Assembly (NCBI GenBank): GCA_965206595.1
Contig: OZ242214.1
Location: 4,032,001-4,096,000, forward strand
DNA length: 64,000 bases
Source: Candidatus Latescibacterota bacterium
GTDB lineage: Bacteria; Latescibacterota; UBA2968; UBA8231
Direction: 5' to 3'
Every line of letters starts with the position of its first letter. Position 1 is the first letter of the stretch. Positions 52,724-63,792 of this stretch are shown here, piece after piece. A program made the translations under genes and the position numbers. A model generated the notes under the pieces. It was given only the letters and a program-made list of their open reading frames with translations. It was not told the DNA's origin and did no database searches.

Positions 52724-53791
52724 ATGAAGTTCGGACAATTTTACCTACTCGAGACTCCGCCGTGGAAAGACCATGTCGAAACCTACCACGAGGCCTTCGC
52801 GCAATTTCGGCTCTTGGACGAAACCGGCTGGGATTCCCTCTGGCTTGCCGAGCACCATTTTGATCACCGCGTTGCGGATGCCAATTACTACTCCATCACC
52901 TCCTCCATCCACACCGTGGCGGCCTACGCAGCGGCCATTACCGAGCGGATCAAGATCGGCACAGCCGTGGTGGTGCTGCCTTTCCACGACCCGGTGATCG
53001 TCGCCGAGGATTTTGCCACCGTCGATATCATGTCGAAAGGCCGGCTGCTCTTTGGTGTAGGCCGGGGGTATCAGTTCGAGGAGTTTTACAACTGGGGGAT
53101 TGACCCGGAAGAAAGCCGCGAGCGCTTCAAAGAGTCGCTGGAGATCATCTTGCAGGCCTGGTCCGGACCATTTGAGTACCAGGGTAAGTTCCACCAGGTC
53201 CGCAAGGTCAACGTCATCCCCAAGCCGGTGCAGGAGCCGCATCCTCCCATCTACGTGGCAGCGGTCAGCCCATCCACCTATGAATGGGTGATTCAAAACG
53301 GCTACGACGTGCTCACCTCCTTTCTGGACCCTTATGAACAGGTGTTCGAGCTGTACAAGGCCTACCACAAGACGGCCGCGGAGGCCGGACTCGACGGGCA
53401 ATTGGATCTCCCGCTGGCGCGATTCCTCTACGTATCCGAGACGACCGGGAAGGCCAGAGAAGAAGCTCGCGCAAGTTTGATGTGGTATTTTCAGACCCTG
53501 CTGGCGGAAGTGATCGCCCCGCCGCCGGAGATCGCCCCGCCGGATCCGGACAACATCTATCAGACCCTGAAGCGCAGATTTGCATCCATATCATTCGAGG
53601 AGATCTTGGAAAACCACGCCATTGTCGGCGACCCCGATTACGTGATCGCTCAACTCAAGTGGATCCAGGAAAATACAGGGTCAAAACACTTTATGGGCTG
53701 GACGCGGATCGGAGGCCTGGATCACGAGCTGGTGTGCAAATCACTGAAGATGTTCGCGCAACACGTCATGCCCGAATTCAAGGAAGACTGA
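52724..53791 (+). CDS. LLM-class flavin-dependent monooxygenase
   Basis: MKFG, WLAEHHF, ERIKIGTAVVVLP.HDP..VAEDFAT.DI.S.GRL.FGVGRG, PKPVQ.PHPP. Confidence 0.92.
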   Translation: MKFGQFYLLETPPWKDHVETYHEAFAQFRLLDETGWDSLWLAEHHFDHRVADANYYSITSSIHTVAAYAAAITERIKIGTAVVVLPFHDPVIVAEDFATVDIMSKGRLLFGVGRGYQFEEFYNWGIDPEESRERFKESLEIILQAWSGPFEYQGKFHQVRKVNVIPKPVQEPHPPIYVAAVSPSTYEWVIQNGYDVLTSFLDPYEQVFELYKAYHKTAAEAGLDGQLDLPLARFLYVSETTGKAREEARASLMWYFQTLLAEVIAPPPEIAPPDPDNIYQTLKRRFASISFEEILENHAIVGDPDYVIAQLKWIQENTGSKHFMGWTRIGGLDHELVCKSLKMFAQHVMPEFKED

Positions 53792-53816
53792 GCGCTGTGC
53801 GGAAAGCCTCTATGAG

Positions 53817-54161
53817 TTATTCGGGTTGATCCCGCCAGGCCGGTTGGGTGAAGTGCAACAGGTAGGCGTGTTCGGGCACGACGATCGTGGTCTGGGTGCC
53901 CTTCTCGATGTAACCCAGGTCGCCGACCTCGAATGCGACCGGGGCCTGGCCAGCGGCGTGGACCTCGAGGGCGCCTTCCAGCATGAAAAAGACTTCGTCG
54001 TAGGTGAAGGTCCACTCCAGTCTGCTGGGTTCGATGTACTCGGTAAAACCGGCCGCGAAATTGTTCTCCTTCCCGATGATGGGATCGGATACCTGCACGG
54101 TTGCCCCAGGGGCGTCCAGTAGATGCAAGCCCCTCTGGTGCGTCTTAGCTATTTGGACCAT
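53817..54161 (-). CDS. EutQ-like cupin protein
   Basis: WTFTYDEVFFMLEG...GDLGYIEKG. Confidence 0.8.
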   Translation of the reverse strand: MVQIAKTHQRGLHLLDAPGATVQVSDPIIGKENNFAAGFTEYIEPSRLEWTFTYDEVFFMLEGALEVHAAGQAPVAFEVGDLGYIEKGTQTTIVVPEHAYLLHFTQPAWRDQPE

Positions 54162-54383
54162 GGTGTACCTCCTCTGGGAAACCAGAACCAGAAAACCGAT
54201 TCACAAGGAATGGCCAGTCGCGCCTATTCCAACGGGTATATCAACGCCTTGATTCAGGCGGTTTATCGGTGAAGGTCCGCAAGGCGCGGACCAAGCGCTC
54301 TGCCCTATTCAACGACCGCCTGGTCCTGGGGCTCGGAGCATGGAGATGTTTTCGTTGGGGGCCGCAATTCCAAACCTGCGCGA

Positions 54384-54722
54384 TTACGGTCTCCCCCCAT
54401 AGATCCGATTGGCTATGATCTTCCCGTCGCAAAGCTGGCAGATGTGCACTTCCACGCTTTCCAGATCCTTACCGACCCGCCATTCGACCGCCACCATATC
54501 GCCCTGGGCAATGATGTTCATGATCTCTCCTCGCAGTCCGGGTACCTCCTTGTAAAGGCAGCCCTGCCAGAGTTCCACGATCGCGTCGGGGCCGTGCACG
54601 GGTTCTGGCGTGCCCCTGATAACGGCGTCCTCGGCATAGAGATCGAGCAAACGGTCCCAGTCTTCGCGCAGTGGCGCCTCGATGGCCTCACGGGCAACCT
54701 GCGCGTTCTGTTCAAGAGACAT
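54384..54722 (-). CDS. SnoaL/NTF2-like protein
   Basis: LYAEDA...G.DAI...IIAQGDMVAVEW...DGKI. Confidence 0.75.
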   Translation of the reverse strand: MSLEQNAQVAREAIEAPLREDWDRLLDLYAEDAVIRGTPEPVHGPDAIVELWQGCLYKEVPGLRGEIMNIIAQGDMVAVEWRVGKDLESVEVHICQLCDGKIIANRIYGGRP

Positions 54723-54940
54723 ATGCGTTTTCTTTCGTTGCCCGGCCCTCCCTGAAACCCGTTGGCTTCAGGTAGAACCGGCGCTCAAAAGGGGAGATCG
54801 CGGTAGTTCGACTCTGATGTGACCATTGCGACTACCCGGGAGATGGACAAAGCTACCAACCCATTCTGATTGGCTTGAGAGTTTAAACAAAGTCGCATGA
54901 TTCCACCGGATCGCGGCATTGCAGGATGCCAGAATGCATC

Positions 54941-56128
54941 CTAGGCATCCCAGCTGGCGATGAAGTCTTCGAGTTCGAAATCTTGCGGCATCTCTTCAAA
55001 GACATAGGGTATGGGCTCGGGCCCGGACTGGAAGCCGGGAATGTATTGTTCCGTCTCGGCCCGAAGTCTGGCATCCAGCGGGGCAAAGCGCTGGCTGAGG
55101 ATAGCGGCTTCTGCCGCTGAGAACCTCCCTGTGACGTCGGACTGTTTGAGCCGTGACAGCATCACGACGCACACCATCCGTCCTTTCTCGCCGGGATGTA
55201 GCCTGGCGAGAAAGGCGCGGAAGGCCGGCGCATCCTTGTCGAGCATGGCGCGGAAGGCGGAGACAATCACTTCGGCCTCAAGGGCGTGTAGTTCGGCGAA
55301 GCGTTCGAACGCCGCCCGCGCTTCGGGGGACAGGTGTTTGGTGAACCCCGGGTCCCAGTAGAAGTTGTGGTTGCAGTAGGGGTAAATGGAGCCGCCAAAG
55401 GAGCGGTAGCCCAGATGAATGGTGCGCCGCGGCCGGGGGCTGTAATTGCTACCCCAGTGGAGGATAGTGTTTATATAGACGACCCCGTCCCCTGCCTTCA
55501 ACTCCACCGGGATGCCGCCCGGCAGGGGCTCGCGCGGATCCTCGATCAGCTGGCGGTTTTCCGCCTCGGTGTTGGGGCGGCAATGGCTGCGGGGCACCAC
55601 CCAGAGCACGTCGTCGTCGTAGAGCGGGATATTCCACTGCACGGTGCCGGTGCCGTTTTCCAGCATGTCCATCTGTAAGCCGCCCAAGGGGGCCTCGCGA
55701 GTGGGGTCGATATCGCGGTGCCAGGAGAAAAAATTCGGTGGTTTGTTTTTGTATTGCGCCGGCCCGTGGTCGCGCACGGGGTTGCACATGAAGAACATGG
55801 ACGTGATCGCCGCCTCCGGCGCTTCCATCAACTGGCGGCTGATCCCCAGGGTGTTTTCGTGCAAGCAGAACTCCACCGTGTGGGCGGTTTCTGCGTCGAC
55901 GAGGTTGTTGAACACCAGCCGCGGCTGCGGGTGGGTCTCCCAGCTGCCGCCAGGCGGATCGTCGGGCCCGGCCTCGTCTGCCCAGATGGCTTTCTGGCGT
56001 TCGACCAGGACTTCAAAACCGGCGCGCAGTTCCTCCAGCTGTTCCGGAGGGATGACCTGCTGTAAAATGACGAAGCCATCGTCCAGGAGTTGTCGTGGGT
56101 TGACCTTCATACCAAGTGGTTTTTCCAT
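54941..56128 (-). CDS. PhyH-family Fe(II)/2OG dioxygenase
   Basis: DDGFVIL, WHRD, WVVPRSH, LKAGDGVVY...LHWG...R motifs. Confidence 0.85.
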   Translation of the reverse strand: MEKPLGMKVNPRQLLDDGFVILQQVIPPEQLEELRAGFEVLVERQKAIWADEAGPDDPPGGSWETHPQPRLVFNNLVDAETAHTVEFCLHENTLGISRQLMEAPEAAITSMFFMCNPVRDHGPAQYKNKPPNFFSWHRDIDPTREAPLGGLQMDMLENGTGTVQWNIPLYDDDVLWVVPRSHCRPNTEAENRQLIEDPREPLPGGIPVELKAGDGVVYINTILHWGSNYSPRPRRTIHLGYRSFGGSIYPYCNHNFYWDPGFTKHLSPEARAAFERFAELHALEAEVIVSAFRAMLDKDAPAFRAFLARLHPGEKGRMVCVVMLSRLKQSDVTGRFSAAEAAILSQRFAPLDARLRAETEQYIPGFQSGPEPIPYVFEEMPQDFELEDFIASWDA

Positions 56129-56328
56129 TTATTTTATTGACTTAAGCAAAGCAACATGGGAATTCGGAGTATGTATATATATTATACTAACAGTAATGCT
56201 TAGGCTCAAGTTATTCTTTGTCGGTACTATTGGAAAAATATATCGTTGTTGACGATCATCGCGGACGACAAACCGCCCTTCATCTTTCGGGTCCTCGACT
56301 TCCGAATAGTCTTTCGATTTCCGCCTGC

Positions 56329-57959
56329 CTACCTGGCGCTGTCGCACCCCAGGACCATCACCTCGCACTGGTGCAGGGTCGGCCACGGGTCCGGGGTCTG
56401 CAGGCCCTCGAGTCCGACCAGGACCAGGTTCTCCCCCCTGCGGACCGGAGGGTTCTCCACGACCAGCCAGGTACCGTACTGGTTTTCCAGCTTGCCGCCT
56501 CCGTAGAGCGGGACGTCGCGGCCGTTGACACGGCAGAAGATCCGCTCCATGCAGGCTTCGCAATCGGTCAGCCGCAGGCGCAGCTCGGTGCCGAGTATGC
56601 GGCCGTCGGCGAGGCCGGCTTCGATGTCGTCCTCGATGACGAGGCTCATCTCGTATCCGGAACCGCCGGTGGCGCGCCCGGCATGCTCAGGTCGCGGGGA
56701 ACCTGCGGGTAGTGGTCCCCCGGGGAGTGGTGGACGGCCCCGCCGAGGGCGGAGTCCGACACCGAATAGCTGCGGTCGCGGCGCGCCAGCCGCTGCGGAT
56801 CGGCGAGGTCGGCAAGCAGGGCGAGGTGGTCGTCGTTGTACTCCTCCTCATCGAACGGGGAAGCGCGGTGGTGCCGGTAGTCGTAGTTGAAGACGTAGAC
56901 CCCGGAGGCCCCCTGCTCGTACCCGTTCAGGGCCGCCCCCCGCAGGACCGCGGGCACGCCCCGGTCGTAGCCTTCGTGCGGCGAGGTCAGGTGGGTGGCG
57001 CCGTCGAAGCCGACGTAGACCGGCACCTCGCTCTCCCCGGCGCAGGCGACCGCCTCGGCGATGTCGAAACGGGCGGGACAGTAGGAGGAGGAGGAGAGCA
57101 CGAAGAGGTCGGCCACCGGCTCGCGGATCCAGGCCCGGGCGTCGATGCCGATGGCGCGGGCTTCGGCAAGGCAGGGAGGTACGCGAGCGATCAGGGAGAT
57201 CGGCTTTCCCTTGCGTTCCCCGTGGCCGCGCACGATGGCATGGGCCTCGCGCATGAAGCGCGTGAGGGTGTCGAGGTTGTCGAGCAGGCGCCCCGGCCGG
57301 AAGTAGGGGGGGCCGCGCATCCAGTCGACTTCGACGCCGTCGAAGTCATAGCGCTCCAGAGTCTCGTCGACGAGCCCGAGGAAGCGGTCGCGCACCTCCT
57401 CCTGCTCGTAGTCCCACTGCCAGCAGAAGTTCCAGCGGTCGGCGCCGCCGGCCCGGGTCGGGGTGGGGGAGCCGATCAGCAGGTCGGGCCGCGACTTCTT
57501 GTGGCGGCTGCGCACCTGCCACTCGCGCGCCTCGTCCGAGGTGTGGGCGTCGTTCATGCGCATCGAGGCGATCGCCGCGATGCCGTGCCGGCGGCAACCG
57601 CCGATGTAGATCCGCATCAGCTCGCGGCCGTCGGCGATGACGGCGTCCATGCAGTTGTAGAGCTGCTCGAGGCGGCTGAGCTCGAAGCCGCCCGCGGTCA
57701 TCTTGCGCACCGGGTTGCCGTCGGCGTCGACGTCGGGGTCGGGGTCCCAGACCTCGGTGTCGTCTCCCCACATGGCCGAGTGCGGGCTGCCGCGCCAGAC
57801 GACGTCGTCGTCGATGCCGATGAGTCCGGCAAGGGCGTCGACGCCGGCCGGGACCAGGGCTTCGAGCTGGTGGGTGACGTCGCCGGGGTTGCGGTCCGGC
57901 AGGTAGAAGAGCATCCAGTTGCCGTCGGTGTTGAAGATCAGGCGCGGAAGTCTGGTCAT
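56329..57959 (-). pseudogene. GHL10-like TIM-barrel protein, frameshift near 56680
   Basis: LIFNTDG, ASMRMNDAH and YDFDGVEVDWMR; the C-terminal domain continues in ORF 56329-56649. Confidence 0.7.
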
Positions 57960-58049
57960 CGCGGTCTCCGTTGTTTCGATTATGGGCTCCTGCCGGCGCC
58001 GGCCGGCCAAGATAGCTTACCCCCGCAGTCGCGTGAACGGAGAGCGAAC

Positions 58050-59262
58050 ATGTACCGAACCGATCTCGTCCTCAACCGGAACTTCCGCCCGGGAGCTCCC
58101 TACGGACCGGAGTAGCAGGCGCTGCTCGACTCGGAGTCGATGGCCGAGGTCAGGGAAGAGGTCGGTTCCTGGCCCGGGTACGAGCCGACCCCCCTGGTGC
58201 GGCTCGACGGCCGCGCCGCGGCCGCGGGAATTGCCCGGTTGTGGTGCAAGCACGAGGGCCCGCGTTTCGACATCGGCAGCTTCAAGCCCACCGGACCGAC
58301 CTACGCCATGCTGACCGTGCTGCGCGGCGAGATCGAGAAGGCCGCCGGCGTCCGCCACGCCCCGACGCGGGAGCTGCTCGACGGCAGGTACGCCGCCGCC
58401 GGGGTCACGGTCTGCGCCGCCACCTCGGGCAACCACGGCCGCGCCCTGGCCTGGGGGGCGCGCATGTTCGGCTGCCGCTGCATCATCTACATGAACGACA
58501 AGGTGAGTTCCGGAAGGGAGGCGGTGATCGCGTCCTTCGGAGCCGAGGTGGTGCGCGTCCCCGGCTCCTTCGACCGGGCGGTGCAGCGCTCGTTCGAGGA
58601 TGCCGAGGAGAACGGCTACTTCGTCATCTGCGACCGGCAGCGGCGCTATCCCGAGGTGCCGCTGCGGATCATCCAGGGGTACGCCCTGGTCGGGGAGGAG
58701 ATCGCATCGCAGCTGCCACTACCGGAAGCCCCCACGCATGTCTTCGTGCCCGGGGGCAGCGGCAAGCTCGCCTCGGCGGTCTGCGCGCGCCTTTGGGAGC
58801 GCTACGGAGAGGCGCATCCCCGGATGGTCACCGTCGAGCCGGAGGACTCGGCCTGCCTGCGCGAGAGCGCCCTCGCCGGCAGGGCTGTTGAAGTGGGGGG
58901 CGACGCGAGCACGGTCATGGACGGGCTGGTCGTCGGCAAGGCCTGCGCCAACGCCTGGACGATCCTGGGGACAGGGGCCTTCGCCTTCATGACGGTGGAG
59001 GACCGGGCCGCTACGGACGCTATGCGCCAGGCCGCCGAAGGGGGCGGGCGGGGACCCCGGGGTCGTGCTCGGGGACACCGGGAGCGCCGGCTGGGCAGGG
59101 TTTCTGGCGGCCTCGAGCGATCCCCGTCTGCGCGAGCAGCTGGGGTTGGACTCCGACAGCCGCGTGGTGGTGGTGGCGACCGAAGGGGCTACCGACCCGG
59201 AGGTGTACCGCGAAATCGTCGGCAGGAGCCCCGAGGAGGTGGAGGGAGTTGCGGGCGGCTGA
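58050..59262 (+). pseudogene. Diaminopropionate ammonia-lyase-like PLP enzyme with in-frame TAG (58113) and frameshift (about 59045)
   Basis: YEPTPL, K.EG.RF..GSFK, ATSGNHG, PTHVF.PGG.G.LA, ATEGATDP..Y. Confidence 0.82.
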
Positions 59263-59379
59263 CCGCGGGGTTTTCCGCGGGCGTCTAGCTGCAGGTTATA
59301 CCAAATTCCCAAAAAGACCAAAAACCCAAGTGGGGGAGCGCTTTAATGCCGCGGGCCGACTATTGGGGTGGCGAGAACA

Positions 59380-60069
59380 ATGGCTTTACAAGACGACGCA
59401 TTGAGATTGAAGGAGCTTGAACAACAGGTGATTCAAGCTATCGACAGCCAAACTGAAAATTTAGGTCATGTACTGGAGTCGTACCTGGAGTTGAAGGCAA
59501 GCCTGAAGCGGCAGATTCTCGATGAATCGGCCATATCTGTTGAGGATGCAACGGCGCGAAAGGTTCTTCGCAAGATTGGCAAAGCGGTGGAGACAATCGA
59601 CGACGCAGACATTGAAGAATTGGGGGCTGAGCTTCTCTATTCATGGTATAGTCATCAGGAATACGTGAGTGCACTTGCCGAGTTGCGACCACTGATCCTG
59701 AGATGGGACACTTCAGAGAATGTAAAGCGACTGGTAGAACTGATAAAGCGGTGCTATGCCATTCAGCAATATGACGCATCGTTTGCGTTGTGCCGAACTT
59801 TGCTTGAGGCAAGTATTCGAGACATCTGCGTTCGGAGAAGACTATTCCCCGACTTGAGTGAGAATGCTGTTCTCTACGAAAAATTTACCTGGCGCAAGCT
59901 TCGGAACACGGTCTCGGCTGGGGACCTCAATAGGAAATTGGAAGATCTTTATGCACGCCTTTCCAAGGTGCTGCACGCGAGAAGGACCGTGAGGCCCAAC
60001 GAAGCTCGTGACGTATTCCTGGAAACTCTACTGGTTATAGAGAAGCTTTACGAATTCCACGAACTTTAA
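59380..60069 (+). CDS. DUF4145-like (HEPN-related) hypothetical protein
   Basis: CY...YDAS..LCRTLLE...LSKVLH pattern; lower GC than flanks. Confidence 0.55.
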   Translation: MALQDDALRLKELEQQVIQAIDSQTENLGHVLESYLELKASLKRQILDESAISVEDATARKVLRKIGKAVETIDDADIEELGAELLYSWYSHQEYVSALAELRPLILRWDTSENVKRLVELIKRCYAIQQYDASFALCRTLLEASIRDICVRRRLFPDLSENAVLYEKFTWRKLRNTVSAGDLNRKLEDLYARLSKVLHARRTVRPNEARDVFLETLLVIEKLYEFHEL

Positions 60070-60245
60070 CCGTTCACTGTCAAGATGTGAAATAGAAGTT
60101 TTGATGCTTCTTCCACATCTTCAGAAAAAACGAAGACCCCGGAGTAATCCTTCCAAGTTCCCACAGTGCTCCGAGGCCTCACTTCCAAACTAGTGTGTGG
60201 CTGCAGGCCGATACGATTGCCTAAACACCAAACGTCGATACAGGG

Positions 60246-61867
60246 GTAACCGTTCAGTCCCCCCTGCAGTAGTTTGCGCATTTAAAGAAATACCCAGCGA
60301 GTTTTCGGGTTCGTCGGTATTTTCGGGATTGGTTGTGTGTTGCAGATTCTCCGGATACGGCGACCCCCATGAAAAGACCTCCTGAGAGTGCGATTTCCGA
60401 AAGCGACCTGCGCCAGCGCATTGTCCAGCTCGAGCAAATCGTGGAACAACAGACGGCGCGCATCGGGGAGCTGGAGCGGGAATTGGCCCGCCGCAAGGGG
60501 CGCTCCCGCCGCGGTGCCCGGGCCGCCTCGTCGCAATCGGGCGCTTCCTCCTCGCCGCGCACCGACACCTCCCGACGCCGGTCCTCGGGGCGCTCGCCGG
60601 GCGGACAACCGGGGCACGAAGGACCCGGCCGCTCGTGGGTATCGGTCGAGCAGGTGGACGAACGGATCCCGGTCAAGCCCAGCCATTGCCACGGATGCGG
60701 GCACCCGTTGACGGGAGACGATCCTCATCCGCAGCGTCACCAGGAAGTCGTCCTCCCGCCGCTGCGGGCCGAGGTCATCGAGTATCAGTTGCACACCCTG
60801 CGCTGCGGTCACTGCGACCGCCTGACCGCAGCCGGTTGGCCCGAGGGCGTGTCGCGCCACACCTTCGGTCCCAGCGTGCAAGCCTGGGTCGGCCTGCTGG
60901 CCGGGGCCTACCGGCTGAGCAAGCGCAACATCCGGGCGTTGTTGTCCGACGCCTTCGGCCTCGAGGTGTCGCTGGGTACGGTCAGCCGACTGGAACGGGA
61001 GGTGGCCGCGGCCCTGGCGGCTCCGGTCGAGGAGGCGCGCGCCTTCGTTCGCCGACAGGGCCTCGTCAACGTCGACGAGACCGGCTGGCGCCAGCGCCGC
61101 GCCAAGGCCTGGTTGTGGACCGCGGTGACGGCCGGCGTCACCGTGTTCGCCATTCGCCCAAGCCGGGGACGGGACGGGGTCGATGAGGTGCTGGGTGCGG
61201 ACAACCGGGCGGTGGTCGGCTCCGATCGCTATTCGGCCTACGCGCATCTGCCGCTACGACGCCGGCACGTGTGCTGGGCTCATCTGCGGCGCGCCTTCGA
61301 GGAGTTCGTGGCCCGGGGCGGAGAGGCCGGGCGCGTCGGTCACCACCTGTTGGACCGCAGCGAGCAGCTGTTTACCTGGTGGCATCAAGTCCGCGACGGT
61401 ACCCTGTCCCGCGCCCGCTTCCAGGACTATATCGACGATTTGTGTCTGCGCTTTCGTTTTCATTTGTGCTATGGGCAGCGGTTCGCCGACGCCAAGACGG
61501 CGGCCACCTGCGGAAATCTCCTCGACCTCGGGCCGGCCCTGTGGACCTTCGCACGCCGGCCCGGCGTCGAGCCGACCAACAACGAAGCCGAACGAGCCCT
61601 TCGCCATGGCGTGTTGTGGCGTCACACCAGCTTCGGCACTGACAGTGCCGAAGGCAGCCGTTTTGTAGAGCGCCTGCTCACGGTGCGCGATACCCTGCGC
61701 CAGCAGCAGCGCAACGTCCTCGACTATCTCAGGATGGCCTGTCAGGCTGCCGTGTCTCAGCAGCCGGCGCCCTCGCTGCTGCCTCCAACCCACTCCCCCA
61801 TTCGTTAATATCAGCCCGCAACCATTCCGCCCCCCGGCCCCAATCTGCCAGGGAACTGAACGGTTAC
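60246..61867 (+). mobile_element. IS66-family single-ORF element, intact
   Basis: IRs GTAACCGTTCAGT; 8-bp target duplication ATACAGGG at 60238-60245 and 61868-61875. Confidence 0.93.
60369..61808 (+). CDS. IS66 transposase
   Basis: PGGQPGHEG, CHGCG/CGHC, NVDETGW, SDRYSAY, CWAHLRR and PTNNEAERALR motifs. Confidence 0.92.
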   Translation: MKRPPESAISESDLRQRIVQLEQIVEQQTARIGELERELARRKGRSRRGARAASSQSGASSSPRTDTSRRRSSGRSPGGQPGHEGPGRSWVSVEQVDERIPVKPSHCHGCGHPLTGDDPHPQRHQEVVLPPLRAEVIEYQLHTLRCGHCDRLTAAGWPEGVSRHTFGPSVQAWVGLLAGAYRLSKRNIRALLSDAFGLEVSLGTVSRLEREVAAALAAPVEEARAFVRRQGLVNVDETGWRQRRAKAWLWTAVTAGVTVFAIRPSRGRDGVDEVLGADNRAVVGSDRYSAYAHLPLRRRHVCWAHLRRAFEEFVARGGEAGRVGHHLLDRSEQLFTWWHQVRDGTLSRARFQDYIDDLCLRFRFHLCYGQRFADAKTAATCGNLLDLGPALWTFARRPGVEPTNNEAERALRHGVLWRHTSFGTDSAEGSRFVERLLTVRDTLRQQQRNVLDYLRMACQAAVSQQPAPSLLPPTHSPIR

Positions 61868-62123
61868 ATACAGGGTTTCCGTTTCCGGTGATCTACCCAA
61901 GCGAATACTTTACTGGCGCTTGGGTGATCCAATCGACACCAGCCAATCCCGGATCTTATCAAAAAACCGGAAAAATTCTCATTCTCAAGCCGGGTTCTCA
62001 AAGCGGATTCTAACTGCTCGCAAATGCTTTGAGAAACCATTGAGGCCTCCTGGTGTCCTACCGGCATTCTTTCTCTCCCTCCCTATGCGGATACAAATTC
62101 ACACCTCAGACCTATTGTCTTTG

Positions 62124-62312
62124 TTATCGCACCAGGGTGAGCTTGCGCGTCTGAACGTTCTCGTCCGTCGACAGGCGGTACAGGTAGACACCGCTTGCCA
62201 GAGGGCGGCCCCGATCGTCGCGGCCGTCCCAGTGGACGCGGTGGACTCCAGCCTTCTTCGGCCCCTGGTGGAGCACCGCCACCCGCTGTCCGGTCAGGGA
62301 ATACACCTCCAC
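62124..62312 (-). pseudogene. Orphan FlgD-like C-terminal domain fragment
   Basis: VYSLTGQRVAVL...GVHRVHWDGRDDRGRPLASGVYLYRL...RKLTLVR. Confidence 0.7.
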
Positions 62313-62464
62313 TTGCGCCGACCCTGTCGCATCAGAAACCAGGAGATCACCGTCTGGCTGTTGAACGGGTTGGGGGCGTTCTGCCGAACCTGTGGGCGGT
62401 CGGGCTCACCCGCAGGCTCACTCTCCTCCGTTGAGTATCCCCCGCCCTTGGACCGCCGGAGGGT

Positions 62465-62625
62465 CAAGCCGCGGTACGGGGGGGGGTGTCCTCAACGGTC
62501 CTTCAGGCCACCGAACTGCGAGCTCTGTCGAAGGACCTGCAAACGATCCTCGGGAACCTGCCTGGACCCTTGCGGTGCCCTCAGCACCGTGGCCGAGAGT
62601 CCAAAAAGGTGCTTATTATCTATAC
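62465..62625 (+). mobile_element. ISCR-like non-coding tail remnant
   Basis: actgcgagctc.gtcgaagga...aaacgatcctc...gacccttgcggtg...ccgagagtccaaaaagg matches 44357-44452; ends TATCTATAC. Confidence 0.7.
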
Positions 62626-62965
62626 GGGTATACGGGACATGGTGGAGAACCTGCACAAACTGCGCGAGGAGGAACGGATGGGCCGGCTCGCCAAGGCGAA
62701 GTCGGCCGCCGAGGTGCGTGCCATCTTCTCCGGCCAGCCGTACGGCGGCCAGGAAAAGCGGAAGAAGTCGAAGCGGGGCTAGAGGACCTTGAGAGCGTCG
62801 AGGGCAAGAGGAATAGCTCTGAAAACTGTCGGGATTACATTCGAGGCTGCTGTCCGGGTGAATCTGCCGATCCTCTGAGCTATGGATCCGGACAACGAAG
62901 GGAAAGAGAGAGGCTCATCCGGGTTGAGATCGAGTTTTCGATATATGAGCATGGAGATTGGTTAG

Positions 62966-63550
62966 ATGGGCCCCTTTCTGCGACGAAGCGCAAGGCACCA
63001 GATGCTGAATTGCATCAATCGAATGACATTGCTCCTGGTCGCCGCGAACTCCTATCTCCAAGCACGAAAGGCATTCCGGGAAGACGACCCGGCGGACGTT
63101 ATTCGGGCCAAATTCCTTTTTGCCAAAGCCGTACAGGGACCGGTGCCAATCCGTCAACTTTGCCGCGTCGTACTCGAGCCTCTATTGCACGGCTACCAGG
63201 CGCCTCCCCTAGTCCGGGGCGCAGTTTCCGAGGTATGCGTCTGCGCTGCGTTCATGGAAGGGATGAGGTTTCAAAACGGGTTGAGGGCAACCTATCGTCG
63301 CCCGGTAGATGATGCCGTTTATGATCGAGTAAAAGCGGAATTCCACAGACTCTTGGACCAAGATCCCAAGAGCTGCCAATGGCCTTCGTTAGCCATTGAT
63401 TCGCTCGCCGAAGACAAGGATTCACTGACTCCAGTCGAGGCAAGAAACCAGTTCTCGGACCGTCAACTGTTGGAGATGCTGAGCCGACATCGCGACGGGT
63501 CGGAGGTTGTTCGATGGGCAACGGAACTGAGCGAGCTCGCGGACCGGTGA
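62966..63550 (+). CDS. Hypothetical protein
   Basis: 194-aa ORF with protein-like composition; start uncertain. Confidence 0.45.
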   Translation: MGPFLRRSARHQMLNCINRMTLLLVAANSYLQARKAFREDDPADVIRAKFLFAKAVQGPVPIRQLCRVVLEPLLHGYQAPPLVRGAVSEVCVCAAFMEGMRFQNGLRATYRRPVDDAVYDRVKAEFHRLLDQDPKSCQWPSLAIDSLAEDKDSLTPVEARNQFSDRQLLEMLSRHRDGSEVVRWATELSELADR

Positions 63551-63792
63551 ATCTCTGGCCGTGGTTAATGTGAGGATGATCGTCACGGCCCTATATGGCT
63601 CGGAATCTCGGCGTTGGGGTTCCTGGCCTAAACAGACGTGGCCTGTTCACCGGCGGGTACCTCATTGGACGCTGTGGCAAGACCGCAACATCGCTTCCGT
63701 TCCCCACTCGTTGTGATCGGAGTTGGTCCATGAGGAAGGCACTGATATGTGTAGCCTTAATTGCTCTTGTAGCCTGGTTGTGGCCCTCTTCG

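Larger units (their letters stand above)
60066..62040 (-). pseudogene. 114-aa hypothetical gene interrupted by IS66
   Basis: Removing the IS and one DR joins ...HRKRKPC to IDVWCLG...TVNG* in frame; AGGAGG RBS before ATG 62040. Confidence 0.7.

Noticed and set aside
58113-58115. In-frame TAG as pyrrolysine or programmed read-through
   Set aside because: The same gene has a second lesion, no pyl genes are visible, and other genes here use TAG as a stop.
60066-60078. ttaaccgttcact resembling the IS66 terminus
   Set aside because: A 10-bp match with no partner end or duplication; the true ends are defined by the 8-bp DR.
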